NCBI GenBank assembly: GCA_902610995.1
Contig: CACLXU010000001.1
Coordinates: 47,207 to 111,206 of the forward strand
Reading direction: 5' to 3'
From: an uncultured SAR86 cluster bacterium
GTDB lineage: Bacteria; Pseudomonadota; Gammaproteobacteria; Magnimaribacterales; TMED112
DNA length: 64,000 nt
Shown one piece after another: positions 29,476-39,481 of this stretch. Position numbers and translations under genes: made by a program. The notes under the pieces are model-generated. The model was not told where the DNA came from. It did not search any database and saw only the letters and a list, made by a program, of their open reading frames with translations. How positions within the stretch are numbered: the stretch's first letter is position 1; each line of letters starts with the position of its first letter.

Positions 29476-30605
29476 AGTTTTTTAACTCTTTCCCATGTAA
29501 ATGAATCTTCATTTCTTCCAAAATGACCATACGATGCCGTTGGCTGGTATATTGGAGAAAGTAATTCTAAGTCATTTATGAGGCCTTTTGGTGTTAAATC
29601 AAAATTTTTATCAATAATTTTATTTATTTCTGTAACTGGAATTTTTTCTGACTCGAAGGTATTAACATAAACAGAAACCGGTTTTGAAACTCCAATGGCA
29701 TAAGCAACCTGAATTTCACAATAATCACATAAATCTGCTGCCACAATACTTTTTGCTATATGTCTTGCGGCATATGCGGCAGAACGGTCTACTTTAGAAG
29801 GATCTTTGCCTGAAAAAGCTCCACCCCCGTGTCTTGCCATGCCTCCATAAGTGTCTACAATTATTTTTCTGCCGGTTAACCCACAATCGCCTACAGGTCC
29901 TCCAATCACGAATGCTCCGGTTGGGTTAACAAAAAAATTTGTTTTTGAATCGATTAATTCTTCTGGAAGTGTTGTCTTAATAATATTGGATATAACAAAT
30001 TCTCTTATTTCTTCCTGAGAAATATCTGGTGAATGTTGAGTTGAAATTACAACAGAATCAATTCTTTTAGCCTTAAAATTTTCATCGTATTCAACTGATA
30101 CTTGTGACTTAACATCTGGTCTTAACCAAGATGTACCTAAATTTCTGAGGTCTGCTTGTTTTTTGACCAATAGATGCGACAAGTGAATTGGTAATGGCAT
30201 CAAGACATCTGTTTCTTTACATGCATAACCAAACATAAGACCCTGGTCGCCTGCTCCTTGCTCTTTATCGATGCCTTTTCCCTCATCCACCCCTTGAGCA
30301 ATATCAGGAGATTGCTTAGAAAGAAAATTAAAAAAATTTAGAGTATTCCCATTGAATCCGAGCTCATCATCATCATAACCAATTTGATTGACTACTCTTC
30401 TTGCAACTGATTCAAAATCTACCTCAGCGAGTGTTGATATTTCCCCTGCAAGAAAAAGATTGTTATCTTTTGCCATGGTTTCACATGCAACTCTTGAATT
30501 TTTATCTTGTTCTAAGCAAGCATCTAAAACAGCATCTGAAACTTGATCACATACTTTATCTGGGTGGCCCTCTCCTACGGATTCTGATGTAAAAATGTAC
30601 GACAT
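29472..30605 (-). CDS. metK: S-adenosylmethionine synthetase
   Basis: [39 protein letters not shown]. Confidence 0.98.
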   Translation of the reverse strand: MSYIFTSESVGEGHPDKVCDQVSDAVLDACLEQDKNSRVACETMAKDNNLFLAGEISTLAEVDFESVARRVVNQIGYDDDELGFNGNTLNFFNFLSKQSPDIAQGVDEGKGIDKEQGAGDQGLMFGYACKETDVLMPLPIHLSHLLVKKQADLRNLGTSWLRPDVKSQVSVEYDENFKAKRIDSVVISTQHSPDISQEEIREFVISNIIKTTLPEELIDSKTNFFVNPTGAFVIGGPVGDCGLTGRKIIVDTYGGMARHGGGAFSGKDPSKVDRSAAYAARHIAKSIVAADLCDYCEIQVAYAIGVSKPVSVYVNTFESEKIPVTEINKIIDKNFDLTPKGLINDLELLSPIYQPTASYGHFGRNEDSFTWERVKKL

Positions 30606-30613
30606 TATTTCTC

Positions 30614-31648
30614 CTAACTATTTATAAATTTTTCTAGTTCATCCTTGTATTCTTTCGTTAAATACAAAAAACTATCGTGTCCTCTAGTACCCTTTAGGTT
30701 TTTATGTTTAGAATTAACTCCTTTCAACTTTAAAAGTTTGTGAAATTCTACCATATCCTTAGCAGGAAATAGCAGATCATCATCAAAACTTATCAATAAA
30801 ACTTTACTTGAAATATTGTCTATTTTTGACTCATCAAAATAAAAACTATCCATTGCCTTTGTCATTAGGATAAATGAATCTTTGTTAAATCTCTTAACAA
30901 ATTTTTCACCGTGATATGAAAGATAGTTTTCAGATTCATATACAATATCATCTGAAATTTTTGTTTCTAAATCTTGAGTATTATATTTGAACCTGTCTTG
31001 TAAAAAATCGTTTGAAATATAGCTAACATGCGATAGCATTCTTGCCACTTTTAAAGCATCAGAGCTATCGTCCAATTTTAAAATCGACCTTTGAACATGA
31101 TTCAATAAAATATTTAATTGTCTTGGTTTATGTGTTGCTCCAATTATTATTCCTTTTTTAACATCAACATCTTTTTTTGAGATTAAATCCATCACCTGCA
31201 TGCCTCCCAAACTTGATCCAACTGCAACGCTTATAGTATTTATTTTTAAAGAACATAAGAGATAAAAAATTGCTTGGTTCCAATCTTTAACAGATATTTC
31301 TGGAAAGTTTTCTCCATACGATGTATTTGTTAATTCATTTAGACTAGATGGGCCAGTACTTCCAAAACAGCTTCCAATATTATTTACGCAGATAATGTAA
31401 TTTTTATTAGTATCAAATACCTTATTCGGACCTATAAAGCTGTCCCACCAGCCTCTATCTTGATCACTCTCTAGTTTTCCAGCAGCATGATGACTTCCAG
31501 AGAAGGCATGAAAAATTAGAATAACATTGTCTTGGGCTTCATTTAGGCAGCCATATGTATCATAAATTAAATCAAAAGATTCTAGAGCCGTTCCCGACTC
31601 TAGAATTAAAGGCTGGGAACTTGAAAAGATCTCTCTTTGATGATTCAT
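30614..31648 (-). CDS. metX: Homoserine O-acyltransferase (MetX alpha/beta-hydrolase family)
   Basis: [39 protein letters not shown]. Confidence 0.9.
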   Translation of the reverse strand: MNHQREIFSSSQPLILESGTALESFDLIYDTYGCLNEAQDNVILIFHAFSGSHHAAGKLESDQDRGWWDSFIGPNKVFDTNKNYIICVNNIGSCFGSTGPSSLNELTNTSYGENFPEISVKDWNQAIFYLLCSLKINTISVAVGSSLGGMQVMDLISKKDVDVKKGIIIGATHKPRQLNILLNHVQRSILKLDDSSDALKVARMLSHVSYISNDFLQDRFKYNTQDLETKISDDIVYESENYLSYHGEKFVKRFNKDSFILMTKAMDSFYFDESKIDNISSKVLLISFDDDLLFPAKDMVEFHKLLKLKGVNSKHKNLKGTRGHDSFLYLTKEYKDELEKFINS

Positions 31649-31665
31649 CAAAAAGATCTTATCTT

Positions 31666-32946
31666 TTAAGCCTTTTCTAACGCTTGTTCAATATCTGCAA
31701 TGATATCATCGACATGCTCAATGCCGATTGATAATCTTACAAATCCTGGAGTTACTCCGGCATCAGATAGCTCATCCTCAGATAGTTGACTATGCGTTGT
31801 ACTTGCAGGATGAATTGCTAACGATTTTGAATCTCCAATATTAGCAACATGATAAAGAAGCTCTAAAGCATTTATAAATTTCTTTCCAGCATCTCTGCCT
31901 CCTACAATTTCAAAGCCCATAAGACCACCATTACCACCATTTAGATATTTCTTTGCTCTATCAACTGCAACTTCTGAGGGATAAATTACTTTTTCTACCT
32001 TTTTATGATTTTTTAAGAAATCAGCAACTTTTTCTGCGTTTTTTGAGTGCTCTCTCATTCTTAAAGGCAGGGTTTCCATGCCTGTTAAAAACATAAATGC
32101 ATTGAATGGGCTCATTGCAGCGCCCATGTCTCTAAGAAGTGTAACTCTAGCTTTGAGGATGTAGGCAATTGGTCCTAGTGGCTTCACTGCTTCTGTCCAA
32201 ACAGCCCCTGCATATGATGGGTCTGGGGTATTTAATTTAGGCTGTCTTTCAGGAAATTTCTCCCACTCAAAATTTCCACTATCAACAAGGATTCCTCCAA
32301 TTGAATTTCCATGACCACCAATATACTTTGTAGTTGAATGAAGTAATACACTAACACCATGATCAAAAGGCTTACAAATCACTGGAGCAGCAGTGTTATC
32401 AACTATGAGAGGTATACCTAATGGCTTTCCTAAATCAGCAACCTCTTTAAGGGGGAAAACTTCAAAACTGGGGTTAGGAAGAACCTCTCCATAGTAAGCT
32501 CTGGTTCTATCGTCTGTAGCCTTTAAAAAATTCTCTGGGTCTGCGGGATCAACAAATCTAACTTCAATACCCATATCTTTTAAAGGGTTTTTGAATTGAT
32601 TATAAGTTCCTCCATACAAGTGTGAAGATGCCACAAAATTATCTCCTGCTTCGCAAATATTTTGAATTGCATACGCAGAAGCAGCTTGGCCAGATGCTAA
32701 TGCTAAAGCACCAACACCGCCTTCCAAAGCGGCAACTCTTTCTTCCAGAACTGCATTTGTAGGATTCATTATTCTTGAATATATATTTCCTAACTCAGAA
32801 AGCGCAAACAAGTTGGCTGCATGATCAGCATCATCAAATTGATAACTAGATGTTGCATGAATAGGAACAGCAACCGAATTAGTAGATTCGTCTTTTCTCC
32901 ACCCAGCATGAAGTGAAATTGTCTCTGGATTTTTTGATTTAGTCAT
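31666..32946 (-). CDS. metY: O-acetylhomoserine aminocarboxypropyltransferase (sulfhydrylase)
   Basis: GNIYSRIMNPT, ALEGG, HSTTKYIGGHG, ANIGDSKSL.IHPASTTH. Confidence 0.93.
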   Translation of the reverse strand: MTKSKNPETISLHAGWRKDESTNSVAVPIHATSSYQFDDADHAANLFALSELGNIYSRIMNPTNAVLEERVAALEGGVGALALASGQAASAYAIQNICEAGDNFVASSHLYGGTYNQFKNPLKDMGIEVRFVDPADPENFLKATDDRTRAYYGEVLPNPSFEVFPLKEVADLGKPLGIPLIVDNTAAPVICKPFDHGVSVLLHSTTKYIGGHGNSIGGILVDSGNFEWEKFPERQPKLNTPDPSYAGAVWTEAVKPLGPIAYILKARVTLLRDMGAAMSPFNAFMFLTGMETLPLRMREHSKNAEKVADFLKNHKKVEKVIYPSEVAVDRAKKYLNGGNGGLMGFEIVGGRDAGKKFINALELLYHVANIGDSKSLAIHPASTTHSQLSEDELSDAGVTPGFVRLSIGIEHVDDIIADIEQALEKA

Positions 32947-32951
32947 TATTT

Positions 32952-33021
32952 TCTCCTAGCCGAATGCTTGGAGGGGTTAACTATTTAGCAGTTTATGCCT
33001 GCAAGCGTTACAAATCGGCAA
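32952..33021 (-). ncRNA. SAM-II(/SAM-V)-type riboswitch with an SD-sequestering hairpin, upstream of metY
   Basis: Minus-strand TGCC-GATTTG-TAAC-GC-TTGC-A-GGCA-TAAACT-GCTAAATA-GTTA: P1 TGCC/GGCA, conserved GAUUU, UUGC and GCUAAA, pseudoknot TAAC/GTTA. Followed by CTCCAAGC-ATTCG-GCTAGGAG, a hairpin covering the GGAG SD. Confidence 0.8.
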
Positions 33022-33032
33022 TTAATCGCTAT

Positions 33033-33061
33033 ATATTAACCTCATAAGTCCCTAAGATCAA
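33033..33061 (-). promoter_or_regulatory. Sigma70-like promoter of the metY leader
   Basis: TTGATC-N17-TAATAT immediately upstream of the aptamer. Confidence 0.65.
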
Positions 33062-33070
33062 TTATTGGTG

Positions 33071-34537
33071 TCAATTGATTCTTTTGAGGTGATCGGCAAG
33101 TCGTAATCCTAATGCTACTATTGTAAGGGTTGGATTTGAGCTGCCTGAATACTGGAATACAGATGAACTACACAAGAAAATGCTCTCTGAATCTACAACT
33201 CTCAAATTTTTATCGATTACGCTATCATCTAGATTCTCTGACATGGGTATGCCTCCAATGTGATGACTAGAATCTTGAAAAAATTTATCCCTAAAATTAA
33301 TGGTCTTGTATTGGTCAGCTACATTATCTGATAATTCAGAAACAAGTTTTTGGTGAAGGATCTCTAGATTAATGTAATCTTTTTCAGAAAAGTTTACTTC
33401 ACTATTCAATGAGCCTCTATCAACAAATATTTTATTTTTTGCATTTGGAGCCATTTCACAAAAATATTCTAGATCGTAATTTTTTATCTTATCTTTAAAT
33501 AAACCTACCCTACATCCAATATGAAAGATTATTTTTAAAATTGAAAAAAAATTAAATCCATAATCTTTTAGATACTTTGCAAAAATCTTTAAGGCATTAA
33601 ATTTATTAAAGTAAATATTAGCCGCACAAATAAATTCTTTCGTATGCTCGTCTTTTGAAATAGGATGAAATGTAAAATAAGTATTCTTTAGGCCATATTT
33701 TTTTTGAAGATCATCTGAAAGACTATAACCATAAAAATTTGAATCATTTTTATCTCTTAGAACAAAGGGTGAGAAAGATGGAATTGAAGTAAAAAAATTA
33801 TTAAACGTAATTTTAGGATGATTCATATAATTTTTTGAGATGATTTTAGATTTATCGCTTTTAAGAAAACCTTTTTCAAATGAATTCTTCAACAAAAGGG
33901 ATGAATGCAAGCCTCCATTAGCAAGAATTATTTTTTTGAAATAGATTTTCTCTTTAAAGGTATCAGAGAATTCAACAAGTAAAAAAGATCCAATTTTGTC
34001 TTCTCCAACAGCAGTTATTTTTGATTCAACGACGATTTGAATATTATGCTTTTTCAAAAGTTTTTCTGCTCTTAGAGGTTTTTTTTGTTCAGGCAGCACT
34101 CTTTCTTTAAAATCAGTTACATTTTTCTCAACTTGTATGAAATTTTTAAAACCAAAAAACTCCCATGATTTTTTATAGTATTTGGTACTTAAATCATAAA
34201 AAATTTTTGAGGCCTCTTTGTTTTTTCCACAAAACTCCTGATGATTCATTTCTGATAGCCTTCCAGTCCATGTATTTGAAGCACCTCCTACTGATTCCTC
34301 AATTGAATTTTCTTTCAATGAGAATGTTCCATTATTTTTAATTCTAAGACCACGGAGAAGCAATGGATTAAAATCACCCCCTTTTTCAAAAACTATTATA
34401 TTTTTTGATTTCAGACCCTCTACAAGTGACAACGCAGCAAAACTTGAGCCAACTACTGCATAAAATTCTTCTAATTTATGCAATTCACAAAATTTTAAAT
34501 ACTTGTCTTTGTTAATAAACCTATTTAGATTTGCCAT
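33071..34537 (-). CDS. GMC-family FAD oxidoreductase-like protein
   Basis: Degenerate Rossmann motif VVGSSFAA; VGGASNTW, LANGG, NYMNHP, SSHHIGG, SNPTLTIVAL. Confidence 0.75.
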   Translation of the reverse strand: MANLNRFINKDKYLKFCELHKLEEFYAVVGSSFAALSLVEGLKSKNIIVFEKGGDFNPLLLRGLRIKNNGTFSLKENSIEESVGGASNTWTGRLSEMNHQEFCGKNKEASKIFYDLSTKYYKKSWEFFGFKNFIQVEKNVTDFKERVLPEQKKPLRAEKLLKKHNIQIVVESKITAVGEDKIGSFLLVEFSDTFKEKIYFKKIILANGGLHSSLLLKNSFEKGFLKSDKSKIISKNYMNHPKITFNNFFTSIPSFSPFVLRDKNDSNFYGYSLSDDLQKKYGLKNTYFTFHPISKDEHTKEFICAANIYFNKFNALKIFAKYLKDYGFNFFSILKIIFHIGCRVGLFKDKIKNYDLEYFCEMAPNAKNKIFVDRGSLNSEVNFSEKDYINLEILHQKLVSELSDNVADQYKTINFRDKFFQDSSHHIGGIPMSENLDDSVIDKNLRVVDSESIFLCSSSVFQYSGSSNPTLTIVALGLRLADHLKRIN

Positions 34538-35495
34538 AAGATTTTAGTAACTTAAGAGCTACTGAAGTTTTATTAAAACAAATGTCAAAGAAAATATTAA
34601 GTCGATTAAGAATTGCAAAAACCAGACTATCGTATGCCCCGTCAATAAATGAATAATCTTCCTCTTGATTAACAAATTTTATTTTCAGAGATAGAATTTT
34701 TTCAATGTTTTCATAGTGATTTAGCTCTGTTTTTATAGAATGAGCAATACTTTGGATTTCTATATCTTTAGTTTCATCAGTTGTATATGTGTAAGTTATT
34801 TTTTTTTCTTCTAAAGTTCTCTGGACAATAATTTCATCCTTTTTGGGTGTTTCATAGCTACCAGATATATCTTTAACTACACCTCTCTGAAATTTAAAAA
34901 TTGTAGAGCAGTTATCATAATCTTTAGGATTGATAATCTTCATTTTCTTACCGCTAAAGTTAAAAAAATAATTATTTCCTTTTTTATAACCAAAAGATAA
35001 GGCTCTTCGATAAATTTTTCTTGATATAGCTAGGGAATGATAGGAAAAACCTGAATTTTGAAAAGTAATCTCATTTAAATCACCTAAGTTTTCATCTTGG
35101 GCAATTTTTTTGATGATGGAGAAGACTGGCTTACTGATCCAATCCTCAGTAACAAGTGTTTTTTTAAATTTATTTTGCAATTTAAGTAATTTCACATTTT
35201 TAAATCCTCCAAAGAAAGGCGTATCTAAGAATAAAACAATATTTTTTGAGAGCTTATCATCAATTCTCAGCAAATACTCGTAAGCTTCATTGGAGGGAAT
35301 CGCTATACATAATCTAGAAATACTTTTCGGCAGATTTCTTAAGCTTGAAAGATGTGAGCATCCTGTTGCTTTGCAAAATGCCTCAACTTTTTCTGAATCT
35401 CTTCCATGAATAAAAATTTCTCCCTCAATTTCTTTTAGCGCGGGAATAAGTGTATTTCTTGCCCTGTTGCCATTCCCAAGAATTAAGGTATCCAT
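34521..35495 (-). CDS. Hypothetical Rossmann-fold oxidoreductase-like protein (divergent Gfo/Idh/MocA-like)
   Basis: ILGNGNRA N-terminus; FLDTP where EKP is usual; YHSLA. Confidence 0.5.
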   Translation of the reverse strand: MDTLILGNGNRARNTLIPALKEIEGEIFIHGRDSEKVEAFCKATGCSHLSSLRNLPKSISRLCIAIPSNEAYEYLLRIDDKLSKNIVLFLDTPFFGGFKNVKLLKLQNKFKKTLVTEDWISKPVFSIIKKIAQDENLGDLNEITFQNSGFSYHSLAISRKIYRRALSFGYKKGNNYFFNFSGKKMKIINPKDYDNCSTIFKFQRGVVKDISGSYETPKKDEIIVQRTLEEKKITYTYTTDETKDIEIQSIAHSIKTELNHYENIEKILSLKIKFVNQEEDYSFIDGAYDSLVFAILNRLNIFFDICFNKTSVALKLLKSYGKSK

Positions 35496-35500
35496 GCTAT

Positions 35501-36283
35501 TTATTTTAAATCATCATTTGAAAAGTACTTGTACCTTTCAATATCGTCTTCTGATGTCTTTTCACCATATTGAATTTCAAGAATTTTGCACTCCTCTTCG
35601 TATGGATTAAAAATTTGGTGCCACTCTGAGCGTTTAACAGAAAAAATATCATCTTTTTTTAATAAAATTTCATGAAAATCTTCAGGGGAGTCTTTTGAAA
35701 AATTTACCTTGCACCTACCAGATGAAATAAACCATATTTCATCTCTTAATGTGTGTCTTTGCATGCTCATTCCCTTGCTTGGGAGAATTGTCAATTCCTT
35801 TAACTTCACACGAGAATCAGAAAATAAAGTGTAGAAATTCCCCCATACTCTCTCCTCTGATTCATATTTCCAATCCTTTAATATCCAGCTACTTGAATTA
35901 TCCTTATTATTGCCTCCAACCCCAAATTCAAATTTAATTCCTTGGACCTGCATTTCAGGAATATTATCTTTTTTTCTATCACCACCGTTGCAAAAAATTA
36001 TAGTGTCATTTGGGTATTCTGATTTAATTATTTCTAATCCATTTATACAGCTCCCAACCTGGTCATCTTTAAATCCAATAACTTTGTCAACATCTTTAAT
36101 GTTCTCAAGTATTTGTTTTCTCTCAGAAAAAGGCATGAAAGGCTTACCTTTCTTATCTTTCAGCCACTCATCACTATTGAGCATAACAATTAGAAGGTCA
36201 CCCATCTTTTTGGCTGCGGAAATATAGTTAATGTGGCCAGAATGAATAGGGTCAAACCCTCCACTTACCACAGAGATTTTCAT
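35501..36283 (-). CDS. Cytidylyl/adenylyltransferase (HIGH family) fused to a C-terminal cupin of the type II phosphomannose isomerase kind
   Basis: SGGFDPIHSGH, LNSDEWL..KKG, NGGDR, SSSWIL; then ERVWG, SMQRH..RDEIW, WHQ, LEIQYG..EDDIER. Confidence 0.85.
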   Translation of the reverse strand: MKISVVSGGFDPIHSGHINYISAAKKMGDLLIVMLNSDEWLKDKKGKPFMPFSERKQILENIKDVDKVIGFKDDQVGSCINGLEIIKSEYPNDTIIFCNGGDRKKDNIPEMQVQGIKFEFGVGGNNKDNSSSWILKDWKYESEERVWGNFYTLFSDSRVKLKELTILPSKGMSMQRHTLRDEIWFISSGRCKVNFSKDSPEDFHEILLKKDDIFSVKRSEWHQIFNPYEEECKILEIQYGEKTSEDDIERYKYFSNDDLK

Positions 36284-36284
36284 T

Positions 36285-38225
36285 TTATAATCCTTCGATT
36301 TTTATTCCATCAGTGGACATAGAAATTTGAATTATCTTATCCATTACTTTATCAACTTCCTTATCTGTTAAGCTTTTTTTATCTGATTGAAATTTAAAAC
36401 GATAACCCACTTTTAAGATATTCATTTTCTTATTTTCAAAAAAGTCAAAAACAAATAACTCCTTCAAAATCTTGGATTCAGAACATACTTTCTCTATTTT
36501 TATATTTAGATCATCAATTAGTTCAAGGGTATCTATTGAGAATGAAAGGTCTCTATAGATTGCAGGATATTCAGAGACTGGCTTTGATGTCACTGTAGGA
36601 AGTTCAATATTCGTTATGTCTATTTCAAAGCTGTACACGGGCGATTTTGATTTTGAATTTACAAAATTATTTGATAATTTTCCTAAAGCACCAATCTTTC
36701 TGCCGTTAAGGCTTACTGCTTCGACAAAATCATAATTTTCTCTTATCTCTGCAATAAAATCTATTTTTGTTGCAAGTAGCTCACTAAGCATTGTTATAAG
36801 AATCCCTTTTAAGTACGAGTAGTTTAATTTTGAGCTAAATTCATTATAATTTTTACCCTCGCGTCCATTTACAATTACACCAATTGATCTTTCTCTTCCA
36901 GTTTTTGTGTATACGTCAGATATTTCAAACAGTTTTATTGAGTCTTTTTGCCTATTTTGGTTGTAAACCACATTAGCTGCCAATGATTTTGTAATGCAAA
37001 CCCTAATCTTTGATCTCTGTTTATCTAATGGGTTATCAATAATATTTGCCTCTTCATTCTCGGTATCATTAAAAGGGAAGTTAATTACCTCAAAAAATCC
37101 AAGGTTTACAAGAAAATCTCTACATGACTCTTCAAAAGAATGTTCCATAGATTTAACATTTACAGGAAGCATTAGGGGCTTTGGTATTATATTGTTATAC
37201 CCTATAACTCTGGTAATCTCCTCTGCTAAATCATTTGCTTGATCAATATCAGATCTATGGCTAGGGATTACGATAGAATTTTTTTCTTTCTCAAACCCTA
37301 GAGCTTTTAGAATCTTCACTTGCTTATTCTCTTTGACTTCATCTCCGATGATTTCATTGATCTTTTTTGAAGAGAAATTAAGTTTGTGTCTCACTTTTTT
37401 CTTGAGGTTTTGATTTATTGCCATTGATTTAATTTCAGCATGCTCACCAACAATAGCTATGAATCTCCTAAGCACCATTTCTTGGCACATAAAATCAACA
37501 CCTCTTTCAAACTTATACGCAGCCTCTGAATTTAGATTATATTTTCTGGCTTTTCCTAATATCTCTTCAGGTTTGAAATAAGCACACTCAACCCAAACTT
37601 TAGTTGTAGAATTACTGCAACTAGTACTTTTTCCACCCATTACGCCAGCCAAGCTTATGGTTTTATTATCAAGTGTAAAAACAAGATTTTGCCCTTTCAG
37701 CTCAATTTCATCATCTAAAAGAGTTTTGAACTTTTCATTTTTCTTTCTTTTTTCAAGTTTGAAAGTACCGTCCATTTTTGTTGCATCAAAGCAATGTGTT
37801 GGCTGTCCAGTCTCATATGCCAGGTAGTTAGAGATATCAGTGAAAAAATTGTTTTTGTTTATTCCCAAATCTTTAAAGTAATTTTCCAGATAATCTTTAT
37901 ATTTTTTTACTTTTCCAGTTATTTCTATCTCGAGGAATGAAATATTTGGACATATCTCTTCTGATTCATTTTTGAGTTTAGGATTAAATTTTTTAAGGTT
38001 GCCTGAATAGACTTTTGTATTACTTTTCATGGGGTAAAAGAAGTTTAGATCCCTTGCAATTCCATTTAAGGATAAACAGTCTCCTCTATTTGGAGTTATT
38101 TCCAGGTCAAAAATATTATTTTCTAGTTCATGTTCATGGCCAAGCTGAAATAGTAAATCAGATATTTCTTTTTTGGAGGGTTTGTCTTTTAAAAGCCGCA
38201 ATATATGTGAATAAGCTAATTTCAT
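36285..38225 (-). CDS. pheT: Phenylalanyl-tRNA synthetase beta subunit, lacking the B2 domain
   Basis: EITPNRGDCLS, GQPTHCFD, FERGVD, RSDI...DLAEEI.R..GY, C-terminal FDX-ACB (YPAIYRDLSF). Confidence 0.95.
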   Translation of the reverse strand: MKLAYSHILRLLKDKPSKKEISDLLFQLGHEHELENNIFDLEITPNRGDCLSLNGIARDLNFFYPMKSNTKVYSGNLKKFNPKLKNESEEICPNISFLEIEITGKVKKYKDYLENYFKDLGINKNNFFTDISNYLAYETGQPTHCFDATKMDGTFKLEKRKKNEKFKTLLDDEIELKGQNLVFTLDNKTISLAGVMGGKSTSCSNSTTKVWVECAYFKPEEILGKARKYNLNSEAAYKFERGVDFMCQEMVLRRFIAIVGEHAEIKSMAINQNLKKKVRHKLNFSSKKINEIIGDEVKENKQVKILKALGFEKEKNSIVIPSHRSDIDQANDLAEEITRVIGYNNIIPKPLMLPVNVKSMEHSFEESCRDFLVNLGFFEVINFPFNDTENEEANIIDNPLDKQRSKIRVCITKSLAANVVYNQNRQKDSIKLFEISDVYTKTGRERSIGVIVNGREGKNYNEFSSKLNYSYLKGILITMLSELLATKIDFIAEIRENYDFVEAVSLNGRKIGALGKLSNNFVNSKSKSPVYSFEIDITNIELPTVTSKPVSEYPAIYRDLSFSIDTLELIDDLNIKIEKVCSESKILKELFVFDFFENKKMNILKVGYRFKFQSDKKSLTDKEVDKVMDKIIQISMSTDGIKIEGL

Positions 38226-38941
38226 TTGAATTGCCTCAAAAAGTCTAAGTTTGATTTATAAAAGTCTCTAATGTCTTTAACTCCATATTTAAGCATTGCG
38301 ATTCGCTCAATTCCTAAACCAAATGCTAATCCTGAATATTTTTTTGTATCTATCGAACAATTTTTAAGCACCTTTGGATTCACAATGCCACAGCCAAGAA
38401 TTTCTAGCCATTTATCACCAAAAAGTATGTCGACTTCAGCAGAGGGTTCAGTAAATGGAAAAAATGATGGTCTAAAGCGCAATTTAATTTTATCGCCGAA
38501 TAGTGAAAAGCAAATTTTATATATAAGGTCTTTGAGATGAGCAAAATTCACATTCTCATCTACATATATTCCTTCAATCTGATGGAACATTGGCAGGTGA
38601 GTTGAATCGTCATCTTTTCTGTATACTTTTCCAGGAGAAATAAAAGCTATTGGCATTTTGTTTGAGAGCATACATCTAACTTGAACTGGTGATGTATGTG
38701 TTCGTAGAACACTCTTCTTATTATTCACGTAAAAAGTGTCATGCATCTCCCTAGCTGGATGTGTAGAGGGGATATTGAGCATATCAAAATTATACTTTTC
38801 ACTCTCAATTTCTGGACCCTCCGCAATCTCAAACCCAAAAGAACATAGAAGTTTTTCTAAAGAGAATTTCACCTTATTGATTGGATGTATTGATCCAAGT
38901 TCTTTATTTTTTGAGGGTAAATAAATTTCTTTTGATGACAT
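38222..38941 (-). CDS. pheS: Phenylalanyl-tRNA synthetase alpha subunit, lacking the N-terminal arm
   Basis: NFDMLN..HPAREMHDTFY, LRTHTSPVQ, FHQIEG, FPFTEPS, GLAFGLGIER. Confidence 0.96.
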   Translation of the reverse strand: MSSKEIYLPSKNKELGSIHPINKVKFSLEKLLCSFGFEIAEGPEIESEKYNFDMLNIPSTHPAREMHDTFYVNNKKSVLRTHTSPVQVRCMLSNKMPIAFISPGKVYRKDDDSTHLPMFHQIEGIYVDENVNFAHLKDLIYKICFSLFGDKIKLRFRPSFFPFTEPSAEVDILFGDKWLEILGCGIVNPKVLKNCSIDTKKYSGLAFGLGIERIAMLKYGVKDIRDFYKSNLDFLRQFK

Positions 38942-39289
38942 TTAATCTATAGCAGTTTTGACAACTTTCTCAAAAGTTGCTTTATCCTGTATAGCTAACT
39001 CTGACAACATCTTTCTGTCAAGTTTTATGCCCTTTTGATTTAAACCATAAATGAATTTTGAGTATGAGTAGCCTAAATTCCTTACTTCAGCATTTATCCT
39101 TGTAATCCATAATCTTCGAAAATCTCTTTTTCTATTTTTTCTATCTCTATAAGCGTACTGGAGAGATTTAATTAGAGACTGTTTGGCTGTTTTAAATAGC
39201 CTTGATCTTGCCCCATAATGGCCTTTTGTTCTTTCAATTACAGCTTTATGTTTTTTTGCAGCTAAGTTTCCTTTAGTAGTCCTTGGCAT
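38942..39289 (-). CDS. rplT: 50S ribosomal protein L20
   Basis: YAYRDRKNRKRDFRRLWITRINA. Confidence 0.98.
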   Translation of the reverse strand: MPRTTKGNLAAKKHKAVIERTKGHYGARSRLFKTAKQSLIKSLQYAYRDRKNRKRDFRRLWITRINAEVRNLGYSYSKFIYGLNQKGIKLDRKMLSELAIQDKATFEKVVKTAID

Positions 39290-39481
39290 TTAGGCCTCCA
39301 ATAATTTCTTCACCACTTTTAAGTTTGCACCTTCAAGATTTGAAAGACCTCTCAAATGTCTCTTCTTTTTTGTTTTATGCTTTGACAAAATATGGTTTCT
39401 CCCGGCTGATCTCATTTTGAGCCCTGTGCCAGTTGATTTGAACCTCTTTTTTGCACCAGAGTGGTTTTTTAATTTACTCAT
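39290..39481 (-). CDS. rpmI: 50S ribosomal protein L35
   Basis: [18 protein letters not shown]; lies between infC and rplT. Confidence 0.96.
   Translation of the reverse strand: MSKLKNHSGAKKRFKSTGTGLKMRSAGRNHILSKHKTKKKRHLRGLSNLEGANLKVVKKLLEA

Noticed and set aside
33036..33043. GAGGTTAA upstream of the riboswitch could pair with TTAACCCCTC as an anti-anti-SD
   Set aside because: It overlaps the predicted -10 box and spacer, so it would lie upstream of the transcription start.
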